64,000 nucleotides of DNA from Anolis carolinensis (Eukaryota): positions 20,323,190 through 20,387,189 of the forward strand of contig NC_085846.1 in assembly GCF_035594765.1 (NCBI RefSeq), given 5' to 3'. The notes under the pieces are model-generated. The model was given only the letters and a program-made list of their open reading frames with translations. It did not search any database and was not told where the DNA came from. The position numbers and the translations under genes were made by a program. Within the stretch, counting starts at the first letter, position 1; the number at the start of each line of letters is the position of its first letter. This document shows, one piece after another, positions 24,101-35,300 of the stretch.

Positions 24101-27100
24101 CCAAGATCTTTGTTTTAAAAGGCAATTATGTTTTGCTCCATCACCCTGCTACTACTGTAATTCCTGTCTGTCTAAAACACAAGTTCAGAATTGGCATAAG
24201 GGAGAGCCTGGTTTTGTTTTTGTTCTTTGTTGTGAATTGTGGCTTATTTTGGAGCAACATGCCAGAAAGCCCAGTTGACAACAAGCTGAAGAAAAGAAAT
24301 CTGGTTGTCCATGAAAAGAATGGTTGGACTATATGGTTAAATATGAATCTCTTCCAATTCTAATTCACCCTGGCTCATTTCTATTCACAAATACTGTTTA
24401 TTTCATTTACATAGGGTTTTATATATTTGATATACAGTTGGCTTTCCACATCCATGGGTTTTACATGGATATATGGATCCTAGACACAACCCTATTGGAT
24501 ATTATCAAGGGTCTGCAGTGTTTTTAACTGGTTTGCAATGGGCAAAATTCTATTTGGATGACGTTACATGTGAGTGAACCAAACTTGAAATGATTACTCA
24601 AGTTTCAGAATCAATAATGACTTTTCTTTTGGTCTAACTCAGGTATAAAGGCAAAAAAGAAGCAGTCTCAAAAACATCCTCAAACTGGAACAACCAAAAA
24701 GAGTAAGTTAGAAATGACTGGTACAATAGAGTTTGTTCTATCATGATTTTTGAATCCCTTCTAATGTTGGTGGAATTTCCATCTAAGTCTTAGGACAGCA
24801 TTCTGTTTGGTAACTACTCTCATCCATTTCTTTATTCTTCCTGCAACATCTGTCTTCAGTTTCTTTCCTCACAGTCTCACTTCATAGATTTTTCTGGGTC
24901 AGTCCAATTTTTCTCTACAGCATGCATGGACAATATAGGCTCTGCCCCTCCATGCTGTTAGATTACATTTTCCATAATCCTCCATCATTGACCGAGCTAA
25001 AACCACTTAGAGTTGGAGACCACCCGCATTTGGAAGACAATGTGTTCCCCACTCTCGTTCTATGCTTATCCTTGACTGTATTGACTGATTCTCTCTCCAT
25101 GTTTACCCTGTCAACCTTCCTCAGTTTCCATCAGGTTTGTTTAGCATCCTTATAAATGCACAGATATTTCCACTGTTGACTGTTTTGTATAATTAGATCT
25201 GCCAAATGTTGGTCCCAGCTAATTGGACTTTTTCTGTTTCTTGTTAGATCCTTCTGTTGCTTCTGTTCCCCCTTTGGTGAATGCCCCTGAGCCACAGTCA
25301 GCAAAACCACTGGAGCCAGTTCATTCAGAATCAGGTAAATACCCTTCTTGTTGTTAGACAACAAAGTAAAGTGATAGATAAGACAAATGACACCTTTTGC
25401 GTTGGTTTGTAAAGATTCACTAGTTAACATAGCTGGTAAATCAGCCAGGGGCTATTCTTGCTAGCAAGGGGGCATTGTGGTTACTATTAATTCTTATGAA
25501 AATCTTCAAAAAAGATCATGCAGATGCAAAGTTGTCATGTTCTAAGTCAGGACAGGAGAACCCTTGGCTGTTCAGACCTATCAGCTCCAACTGGGAGTTG
25601 CTCTTCACAGTTTCTGATCAGATTCATTCTTAGACCTGTCTACAGATCCCTCATTATTATTGTTACACTGATCAAAACTGATGTAGATGAGGGTGGTCTG
25701 ATACCATAACCAGGGAAGCCACATCCTCAAGATGTTATTCAGATAGTTTTATTGTACAAGCCAAGGCACAAAATGCACAGAATACTACCCTCAGAGCTAA
25801 CAGGAAACAAAAGACACCAAACAAAGGCTATCAAAGGCCAAACAGTTCCAGCCCAGCTTACCTGTATGAACTTATCTCCCCCTATGAACCTCCTCGGAGA
25901 TTATGATCGCCTGGGGAGGCCCTGCTATTGGTCCTGCCTGTTTCACAAGAGTGACTGGCAGGCATAATAGACAGGGCCTTCTCAGTGGTGGTCCCTCAGC
26001 TGTGGAACTCCCTCTCTAACAAGATTAGATCAGCCCCCTCCCTCCTAGCCTTCAAAAGGAAAGTAAAAACCTGGCTCTGGGATCAGGCTTTTGGAAAATA
26101 GTGCAGTGCAGTAATATATTTGGAATATGTGTAATGACTACGGAATGGCCTTAGATTATCATTTCTGGGTGGCATGATTTTAGCCCACGAGAACCTTAAG
26201 ATGGGGAAAGTGTCTGAAATAAGCTCTGCCTATATGATTTCACCAATTTTTCCTTGTGTTCTTAATTTATCTAATATATTGTGTTCTGTGTTGTGAATTT
26301 GCATTTGCTAGATATCTAGACTGTAATAGAGAATCATCTATTTATGTGGCAAAAACAATCTCGTAGATTGGATTGCTTCATTTTTTTTCACTGTCTCTTA
26401 ACTTGGGGAATTTGGTCAGAAGATGGACTGCTATCACATTTTCCAATACGTAAATGTCTCAAGCAGCTGACTTTGCAGTAATGGTGTGCACTTTCCCTAG
26501 GCTTTGGAAGTGTCTCTAAGTCTTCCGTTACACCCAATGATTTTTCTGCAAGCAAATCTCAGTCCCAGAGCCTGCCTTTACAAGCTCCTTCCATACCACA
26601 GGAAGTCAAGAACATGATCCATTCCAGCATGCGTATCCCACTTCCATCCTTTCATGAGGTCCATAGTACTTCACCAGCCAAGCCTAACAATTCCAGCCAG
26701 TCTATTTCCAACAGTCCACCCCAGAAGCCAAATGTATGCCAGTTTGGTGGATCACCACCCATGGAAGAAGTCCTTTGTCAGTTGGATAGGCAACTGTCTA
26801 GCAAATCCAAAATGACTGAAGACGAACCTTCAAAGGACCAGGATGATTTGAAGCAGCAAGTAGCCCACATCCTGGCCTTGCATCCAGAAGGCATGTCACT
26901 TTTCCAGTTTCGTGCAGCCTATAGTGCCACCTATCAGCAGCACTTCCCAATGGACAACGCTGCTTCTGTCAAACAACGTTTGCAGGAAATGCCAGATGTT
27001 GTTTGTATGAAAAGCTATGGAGTCCAAACAAGGCTGCTATCTGTATCTTGTGCAATGCCATCTTTAAAATCTGGTAGGTAAGGTGGTATATAGTCTTTTG

Positions 27101-29814
27101 TTCTGTGTATATCTCGGATTGTTTTTCTACTTTTCAAAAGAACCAACATATTCCTCATGAACAGGGAAAAGTAAAACCAGTAGAGAACCTAAAGCAAGGA
27201 AAACTTCTATTCTCCTCACCTAATTTTTATCTTACTAGTTACATCTATATTTCAGTAAGAAAACCAATAGCCATGTGATCCACATTTTTTAAAGGACATA
27301 GTTAGATAATATACTCAATGTTACAGAAGTAGTGTCAATGTGACATAACCCGAGTGTGAGAGGTACTACTCAGTGAGGTGATCCATTGGAGACTTAGTCT
27401 GTGAACGCTTATTCTACCAACTTCTCTCAATTGGTTTCCAAGGTGCTACAAGATCCCTTTCTATATTGATAACTAACACTGCTATGTCTTTGAATTCTGT
27501 ACAGCTTCTTTCAGTGTTGTACTTCTTCTAGTATCAAAAACATTTCCAGTTCTCTGTTGTCTGAGCCTAATTTTCTGACTTTGCAGGTCAGCCTGTCTCT
27601 GCCACAATGGAAAAAACTTCAGTTGTCCCTGGTCTCTCACAGCCCAGAACAGTGTCACTGACTCAAGAGGTAACTCTTCTCAAGCTTTCTCCCCCTCCCT
27701 TAGGCTCCTGTGGCATCCCCTATCCCATTTAACTCCCAGCTTCAGACCATTCCCAAGAAGCCAAAAAACAAGAATGATGGTGTTCTCCTCAAAGTACAGC
27801 CACCAAGAACACACACACACACACACAACACCCTGCAAATCTTTTGCAGGAGCACAAGAGAACTAGAGTTAAATGGGTGGATCTTTCGGGTCAACTTGAT
27901 TAATCTAAAATTAAGGAAGTGACTCATTTCTGGCAGTGCTCTGCTTAAAGCTGACCCTATGATAGCTTCCAAATCTTGCCTTAAGCCTATGCTTCCCAAG
28001 GCGTCTGTGCTTCGCATACTTCAGTTCTCGTTCTCTCTCTCTCTCTCTCTTTTCTCTAGAGTTTTGAAGAACTTGGAGGAGATGACAGCAAGGAGGATTA
28101 CCCAGTCCTTGATTCTTTGCTCCACCAAGTAGTTAAACCAAGAGCTCATGTGCAAGAGAATGTGAAGAAGAAGCCCAAGTCAATGGGAGCTCTTGTCATT
28201 CCTCAGCCCCCTGTAGTTTGTCATACATATGCTCAAGTCACAGCTTCGCATAAACCTTTGAAACCAAATAGTCTTCATATGAAGCCCACACATCTGAATA
28301 GCCCTTATATTTCTGCCAGTAGTGCCTCAGTGCCTTCATATCCAAATGATCCTTGTATTTCTGCCAGTAGTGCCTCAGTGTCTTCGCATCCAAATGATCC
28401 TTTTATTTCTGCCAGTAGTGCCTCGGTGCCTTCACATCCAAATGATCCTTGTATTTCTGCCAACAGTGCCTCGGTGCCTTCACATCCAAATGATCCTTGT
28501 ATTTCTGCCAACAGTGCCTCAGTGCCTTCACATCCAAATGATTCTCGTATTTCTGCCAACAGTGCCAACAGTGCCTCAGTGCCTTCACATCCAAATGATC
28601 CTTATATTTCTGCCAGTAGTACCTCAGTGCCTTCATATCCAAATGATCCTTGGATTTCTGCCAACAGTGCTTCGGTGCCTTCCACCTCTCATCCTGCCTC
28701 TTACAATTCTGGAACATGGGCGCAGCCGGTGAGCTATCCATTTGTGCCGTTGGTTTCCCAGATGCCAGAGATTTTCCCTGTCATGCCTGCCTATATCAAA
28801 GTTTCTAGATATCCTTCTGGGATCCAGTTTAAGAACCCTACAGTTCAGAGCTCTCCTTTTGCTCAGCCACCCCATGTGCTCCCAATTAGATATGATCCAA
28901 CAATGCATCTGACCCAAAGCATAGAACAATGGAGCAACATTCGTACTCTCCCACAAGTGGATGCCTATTCTCCAGTGAAGACATCATCCAACATTCTGCA
29001 GCTTGCCCAAAGCCCTACATCCTCAACAAGGAGATATCCCATATCTCCATCTTCTAGAAACATCTCCCAGACTGTCCAGCATTTAGAATCTTCTAAACAT
29101 ACCCAGCAGGTTGGTCTGCAGCATGGTTCAGTTGTGGTAACAATGAATAAAAGCTTTGTAGTAACATCTCTGGACACACAGCCTAAGCCTCCAGCATCTG
29201 CTTATCAGAGACAATATGTTGATTGGAATCCTCTGGCATCTACTACAAACACAGCACAGTTCATTTCACTTGGTGCTTGCTCCACTAGTCAGCCCTTTCA
29301 GCCCTTGGAAATTTCCTCTAATAGCAAAAAGAATCCTAATGCTCTGCTTTTTGAACCTCCAGTTTTCGTGGATCAGCCACAACCTGTTAGTGCAAGTGCC
29401 ACCATAACCACCTCATCGTATTCACCACCTTCACTTGTAGATGCTAATGTAAGCCCATATTCCAACCACTTAACTCCCTCCAGTAATTGCAATGATTCTG
29501 CTAGTCAACCTTTAAAGCCTTGGGCTTCCATTCAACAACAACATACTAGCCTGGATGTCTCTGTAATCAATTCCAGCAGAAAACAAGCAGGTTCATTGCC
29601 TTGCCCTCAAGACCTCACTATCAGACCATCCCGCCAACTCTCCATAACACCTTTAAGTGTTTGTACAGATAATGAGCCTCCTATCCAAGCTAAGCCTGTG
29701 GTTTCTTTTTCTAAACATGCTGACGATCATCATGTTTCTTTGCCAATAAACCAGACATCTTATTCTCCCCCAAATAGCCCTCTAAAAAAACTGGATAGTT
29801 GTGTTATCTTGTAA
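14823..29814 (+). CDS. Uncharacterised multi-LOTUS (OST-HTH) domain protein with C-terminal CaaX, about 1301 aa. Predicted coding exons: 14823-15168, 16463-16693, 17532-17621, 18935-19003, 19277-19504, 21124-21213, 22466-22534, 23638-23862, 24643-24702, 25248-25334, 26501-27073, 27587-27669, 28060-29814
   Basis: All introns are GT-AG with pyrimidine-rich acceptors. Phases agree (1 throughout, 0 for the last intron) and the total is 3906 nt with no in-frame stop. Five segments fit the LOTUS pattern (helix, ll..p.G+.+..+, then usually G[YF]..+.e+l..+p). An acceptor at 14817 just before the ATG implies an upstream non-coding exon. Confidence 0.8.
16463..16693 (+). CDS. LOTUS gene coding exon 2, LOTUS-like domain 2
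   Basis: LADILDWLISLLMEYKSGLRISYIKKFMLSKHAVNMEKFSIAQGYKNIMEFLEHELPKL; acceptor tttttgtag, donor GAAG|GTACAA. Confidence 0.75.
16816..16950. mobile_element. Small hAT-type MITE inside a MIR-like SINE; similar element at 21495-21621
   Basis: TIR CAGTGGTTC; near-perfect 8-bp TSD (ctttaaac/ctttagac at the 21495 copy). Confidence 0.75.
17912..18780. mobile_element. Inverted Penelope insertion in a LOTUS gene intron
   Basis: 12-bp TSD ACTAATCATAAG (17900-17911, 18781-18792); minus arm then plus arm. Confidence 0.88.
19277..19504 (+). CDS. LOTUS gene coding exon 5, LOTUS-like domain 3 (strongly basic)
   Basis: LPAASKLIRDVLKRFPRGMKVRLLKRVLRKRRRFHLEAFCTQHGYQDVLSCLKDIPEL; acceptor ttcttacag, donor CCAT|GTAGGG. 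Confidence 0.78.
20096..20938. mobile_element. Inverted Penelope insertion (different subfamily) in a LOTUS gene intron
   Basis: 13-bp TSD CTGTTTCATAATG (20083-20095, 20939-20951). Confidence 0.85.
23638..23862 (+). CDS. LOTUS gene coding exon 8, LOTUS-like domain 4 (paralogous to exon 2)
   Basis: LPEVLSLVNNLLTKYKDGLRIKKIQDFLMATNSIDLEKFSIMQGYKGSVEFLQRQMPYL; shares YK.GLRI and EKFSI.QGYK...EFL with exon 2. Confidence 0.75.
25845..26170 (+). mobile_element. L2-like LINE 3' fragment (others at ~46860-47385 + and ~31850-32135 -)
   Basis: RAFSVV.P.LWNS.P-type terminal coding motif. Confidence 0.65.
26501..27073 (+). CDS. LOTUS gene coding exon 11, Ser/Pro linker plus LOTUS-like domain 5
   Basis: DDLKQQVAHILALHPEGMSLFQFRAAYSATYQQHFPMDNAASVKQRLQEMPDVVCM; acceptor ctttccctag, donor TCTG|GTAGGT. 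Confidence 0.78.
28060..29814 (+). CDS. LOTUS gene terminal exon, Ser/Pro-rich low-complexity tail ending in CaaX (CVIL)
   Basis: Long open frame after a (CT)n acceptor; phase 0 matches the upstream donor GAG|GTAACT at 27669; ends KKLDSCVIL*. Confidence 0.8.
   Translation, partial: SFEELGGDDSKEDYPVLDSLLHQVVKPRAHVQENVKKKPKSMGALVIPQPPVVCHTYAQVTASHKPLKPNSLHMKPTHLNSPYISASSASVPSYPNDPCISASSASVSSHPNDPFISASSASVPSHPNDPCISANSASVPSHPNDPCISANSASVPSHPNDSRISANSANSASVPSHPNDPYISASSTSVPSYPNDPWISANSASVPSTSHPASYNSGTWAQPVSYPFVPLVSQMPEIFPVMPAYIKVSRYPSGIQFKNPTVQSSPFAQPPHVLPIRYDPTMHLTQSIEQWSNIRTLPQVDAYSPVKTSSNILQLAQSPTSSTRRYPISPSSRNISQTVQHLESSKHTQQVGLQHGSVVVTMNKSFVVTSLDTQPKPPASAYQRQYVDWNPLASTTNTAQFISLGACSTSQPFQPLEISSNSKKNPNALLFEPPVFVDQPQPVSASATITTSSYSPPSLVDANVSPYSNHLTPSSNCNDSASQPLKPWASIQQQHTSLDVSVINSSRKQAGSLPCPQDLTIRPSRQLSITPLSVCTDNEPPIQAKPVVSFSKHADDHHVSLPINQTSYSPPNSPLKKLDSCVIL
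28303..28683 (+). repeat. Coding minisatellite, 48-nt (16-aa) unit, about 7.75 copies: P[YCFW]ISA[SN]SASVPS[HY]PND
   Basis: Unit ccttatatttctgccagtagtgcctcagtgccttcatatccaaatgat; one unit has an extra 9 nt (SAN); frame preserved. Confidence 0.95.
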
Positions 29815-30005
29815 TAACAAACATTGAGGAGGTAGGCATTTTCTGGGATGATGCTGGTAGCAGTGATGGATGAGTGCATTCAGAATTCTAAGATGGTTCC
29901 ATCCCATCCAACGGCACTGTTGGCTTCTGTAACTTCTAATTGTTATATCACATTTATTATTCTAATTTTTTTTACTAACTACAGATACATTTGTATGTGG
30001 TGCAA

Positions 30006-30011
30006 AATAAA
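30006..30011 (+). terminator. Candidate polyadenylation signal of the LOTUS gene
   Basis: AATAAA about 190 nt after the stop, followed by a T-rich downstream tract. Confidence 0.6.
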
Positions 30012-31804
30012 TTATAACAAATGACTGGTCTTTTATCGCTTTGCTTTCAATTTTTCTTTCTGTTACATCTTTCTCCATTTTATGAAAATTATTTGGTGGT
30101 CAAGCACATTCTTGTTTCATATTTCCTTCACCTGATTTCCATCCATTGGTGGAAACTGAAGTAGCCCAAGACTTCAGGGCAGTCGGGATAGTGGGACTGG
30201 GTCTGATTTGGGCCAAGACATTATCCAGATGGACATTGCTGCCACCACCTTTTCTTTGCACTTCTCATGCCCATGTCCCTGCCATCCTTGTTGGTCATGT
30301 GAATGTTCCATTCTAACATCAACAGTGGTGCCTTTGATGTCCAGGAGCTTTCATGAAATTCTATGACAGCTAGGAGCAGTGCTGGAAGTAACATAGAGGA
30401 GGTGACAGCCCAGCAATTCTCTGGTTGATCCCCTAAGGGCAGATTAGGCAAATCTATCCAATATTGATGTGCCTTTAGAGGACAAATTAGTTAGGAATCA
30501 AGAAAAAAAATCCATTCTGCCTTGAAAAACAATAGGGAGATGGCAGGAATCATCTGGATCTACCCAAGTGCAGTGATGGCCAGTACTATCTGAAGCATGT
30601 TCAACTTCAGTATTAACAGTATGGCAGGACCAGGCACAAGTTGAAAATAATGAATCTTTAAGGATGTGTGCAATCTGCCCTTTTAATTCGGGGTGTTATT
30701 CTTATTTGCTTCATGGTTTTAGATAGTCATAATGTCAGGGAATCACCTTTTAAGTTTGTGCCTTGAGAGTGAAGATGATGGCCAGGGTTCCTCCAGCTGT
30801 TTCCGAAGCCAGATTACTATCAGAATCTTTGTCTGTGTATCTAGATAGATGATCCTTTTTGTAAACAAAATAAGCTCAGGATGTTTGTTCATTTAATTAT
30901 ACCGTGTTTTAAGTATGCCTCTGAATTTTGCATATACTTAGTTCCTGTTCATTCTTACAGATAATACACTACGATGTGTAGTTTGTTTCCACCCATTTTA
31001 GCCTAAATTAATATGCTCAAAATGTGAACTGAGAAATTACTTGTCTTTCAGTTTTGTTTGGATTCACATTAAAGGTGTGCAACAGAATATGGAAACAGAT
31101 TTAGGAATTTCCTTATAAATAAAAACAAGACATTGCAAAAAGAAGTAAACTGTATGCAAGAATTCATTATTTCCTTGCTATGTCCTTGTCAACTAATGTA
31201 GTCTTTCTAAAGCAAATTTTGTTCTGAAATTGTGCACTGATTTGATTATATTGTATTATTAAATATGTCAGTTGCAATGGCTCTGACTTTGTGACTTCCA
31301 TATTTGGTATCCAGCTCTGTCATTATACATATATGTAGTGTTCTTTTTCCTGTTGAATTATGCCAGCAATGTCTGAATTTTAGCTACTAGCCTTCCCCCA
31401 ATTGAATGCAATGTGCATTTTGCAATATAAACATTCTCCATTCAATATTCTCAATCTCTACATTGTAATTGTGACACTACAGTATTTTACTAAATACTTA
31501 GCTGACACCTATGCTGTGCTAAGTAGCTACCGCTAGTCTAGACCATGTCACAGAAAAATTGTTGACTGTCCTTTAAACATCCAAGGAAAATTAATCGAGG
31601 CAATAAAACAAAATGTTCACATGTCAATATTTTAATACTTTATTCTCATTTTCTACAACTTATACAAATTCATGCTCTGTCAAAACAAAAAGCTTTCCCA
31701 CATTTAGGTCTAGAAGCAAAAGTGAAATATGTAGACTTTTGTCCTCTTAGTCCCAGTCGGAGGAAATGAATAAGTGAATGGTGAGTCAATCAACAGATAG
31801 ACAG

Positions 31805-31852
<48 letters not shown>

Positions 31853-32318
31853 TCTTACCCGCCTCTCCTCATGGCCCGAGGCGGGTTATAATATTGCTAA
31901 AACACATAATCAAAGCACAATCGTTTAAAAACACTCTGCAGAATAACATATTAAAAACACATTTTCAAAAAATACATATTAAAATTCACAAAACTAAAGT
32001 TAGACATAGAATGGAAGTCTAAAAGTCCTCATTAAAACTATCTCAGAAGGCCTGTCAGAAGAGATAGGTCTTCATTTGTATCTTAAATTCTGACAGCTGA
32101 CCTAACTGTTGGAGTTCTATTGGCAGGTCGTTCCCATTAACTTAATGGTCTACAACTGGCAGGATTAGAAGTAGGCTTTTAGGCAATAGAGAGTAAAAGT
32201 CCAAACATTTAGGTATAAAGTTCAAACCACTGGCTGTAATTTCTTTTGCTGATCTTTCAAAATAAAGGAAAAGTTCAGGGCAGGAAAAAGTGATCACCTT
32301 CACATCTTATCTTTAAAA

Positions 32319-35300
32319 TTAATGTCTCTTCTCGGTCAGCAATTTCTTTGAATTCATGTCAGCTCTTATAATAATAATATAACATTTGGGGAAAAAGATG
32401 AGAGCCAAGAGACCAGTATTGGAGGCCAAGATGGCAAAAACCTCCACAGCAACTATGTATTTCCCCATGGTGCTCATGTAACTTGGAATAAAAAGGATCC
32501 AAACACTGCAAAAAACCAGCATGCTGAAGGTGATCAGCTTGGATTCATTGAAAGTGTCAGGCAATTTTCTGGCTAAAAAAGCCACAGTGAAGCTAATGAT
32601 GGCTAGGAGCCCCATGTAGCCTAGAAAGCAATAAAACATGATGAGAGACCCTTCATTGCAATGAATGACAATTTTCCCCGATTCTGAGTGCATGTCTGCA
32701 TTTGGGAACGGAGGAGAGGTTGAGAGCCATGCTGCACAGATACACACTTGAATGAGGGAGCAGGAAATCACAATAGTAGTGGCCACTTTTTGCCCTAGCC
32801 ATTTCCTCACCCTATTGCCTGGTTGTGTGGCTAGGAAAGCCAGGACCACAATGATGGTTTTTGCCAACACACAAGAAACCGCAACTGTGAAAATGATGCC
32901 AAATGTCATTTGCTGAAGAAGGCAAGTGACCTTGCCTGGCTTGCCTATGAAGAGGATGGCGGAAAGGTAGCAGAGGAGGATGGAGATGAGCAGAACGCAG
33001 GTGAGGCTCCTGTTGTTGGCTTTGACTATGGGAGTATTCCAACTCTTCAGAAAGGTTTGTACCACTAAGCATGTAATCACACTAAGGAAAATACTCAGGA
33101 AGACCAAGATAATTCCTAAGGGCTCTTGAAAAGATAGGAAAACTATAACCTTTGGGATACATTGATGTCTATTTTTGTTTGAATATTGATCTTCAGGGCA
33201 TTTGACACATTCATTTGCATCTGAAACATATCAAGCACTAACATTATTTCTGATCATTCATATTCTGATCATAGCTTTATGACAAAAAGCAAAAGAGGTT
33301 TAAAATGACTAGTATTTCATGTATGCATAAACACAATTTTTAGCATTTGAGTGCCCCTATTACCTTCCTTATGACCCTATTAGTTCAAATTTGGATGGGA
33401 ACAATTGTGGGTAATTTTGTCAGGTCCAAGAAAACTTTTTGCTCTTCAAACTTCAGTAATCCATGCAGACTCCATGATGTCTCTTTCTAAGTATTTGAAA
33501 TAGATTTGTTAATAGAATGTGACTAATTTGTCTTGGAACACCACTTTTAAAACTGAGTGGAGAGGCATGCTGATTTCACACTAAAAAATCTTGTTTTGCA
33601 GAACACAAGGTTCCCTCCCCTTTTCATAAATGGCATCTGTGAAGCCCACTTCACAAAGGTTCTTTCACCCAGGGAGGAAAATCTTTTCTTTTATATCCCT
33701 CCGCTGCCACCAATAAAACTGTGAAGCCCACTTCACAAAGGTTCTCTCAGACAGGGGGGGAAATCTTTTCCTTTATATCCCTCCGCTATCGCCGATTTAA
33801 ATCTGGGACGCACCCCTGTTCTGAAGGGGCAAAGATGTAAAAGATGTAAAAATCCTCCTCTTAATCCAAAGTCAAAAGCAGGAGGCCCCTTTTCTGTGGA
33901 GAGGGCGAGGAAAGACACCACAAAAGTTGGATCTTCAAACTGCAAAAGAACTATTTATTGCGTGGCCATAGCAATGTGACAAATACATGCATACATGCAA
34001 TCAAAGGATTTGTCTGAATTTCCAAAATGGTTGCAAGGGTTTTATCACCTCCACAGAAATTAGTAAGCATATCCTTATTGGTTTACAAAGATCATTTACC
34101 CCGTTTGTCTAATGGCTTAAGCATCTTAATTAAAGTCTGCAGGGATCTTCTTGGACTCTTTAAATTTTATTCAGTGCTTTGGAGAAACAGCCTTCATACA
34201 GAACGAAACAGTAACTGAGTTTATTTATTGATATCTTGAAACAAAAGCGTGGTGGTTACATTTGTACATTGCTTTCTTTGTCTAATAACATTATTTCATT
34301 ACAGTTTTCCTTCATACAAATCTTTATACACAGAAAGATTTGCTTATTCACTATGTAGGAGCAGACTCTCAACTATTTTCAACTTACTATACGGTCTATT
34401 TCTTCAAATACTTTTTATTAGCATACTCCCTGACCTATATTCACTGACAACTTAACTATCATGACCTAACAGTTCGCATCTCCCCGTCCTAACTGACTTT
34501 TTCTCTTCCTAACTGACTTTAGAATGTTCAGTTTTTTTCTTCCAACTGTCATCCTGGGCTACCTTCTCTTTTAAATCCTGGCACCCGCTCATTTACATAT
34601 GACCAATCATGTCGCCTTTATGCAAATTGGCTCCTTTCCTGCTGCTACCTTCTAAGAATCACAAAATGGCTGTTCACACACCAGCCCTGCAAGGCAGGCC
34701 ATGTTTCAACATTAACAAACATACTTGAAATTTACACTATAATTAAACATGTCGCTATAGCATCTAATTAACTATGCTAAATAATGACTAAGATCACTAT
34801 GAATGCATTGCAAATAGAACAAACTCACTGTGACCCCATCTACAGTGTGATATAATGTAGTTTGGAACTGTATATATGGTTAGTATAAACTCATATAATG
34901 CAGTTTAAGTATGTCTTCTACTTTTCAGAATATGATCAGGCGTAATGTGGGCTGGGCAACCATCAACTCTTTTCCAACACTAGCTGATCTTTGGCAGATG
35001 TTTAATGGGAGGGAATAACAGTGATTTCTCTTACTGGTTAGGGCAGAAAAAGTGATCCTTTGGCCTGCTGGCATAACCTAGTTAGCAGCCCTATTTTATC
35101 TAGGCTTCAGGAGCCTTGGGCATTTCCATCCTGCTTCTCAAAGCCTTGCAGCTAGTGAGATTTACATATTTTGCAGCTATTCCGGAAAATTACACAGAGA
35201 AATAAATACAAATGAATTTGGTGAGGTCTCTTTTACATATGGCATTGCCTCTTGTACCAACTTTGCCATCTTTCAATGGATTAAGATTTTGCCTCCATAA

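Noticed and set aside
28305-28741. Repetitive ORFs in other frames and on the antisense strand (CLHIQMIL..., HCWQKYKDH...)
   Set aside because: Shadows of the 48-nt repeat; only the 565-aa frame continues on both sides and joins by splicing.
14823-29814. Calling the gene TDRD5, TDRD7 or MARF1
   Set aside because: No Tudor, NYN or RRM sequence seen and the C-terminus is different, so no gene symbol is assigned.
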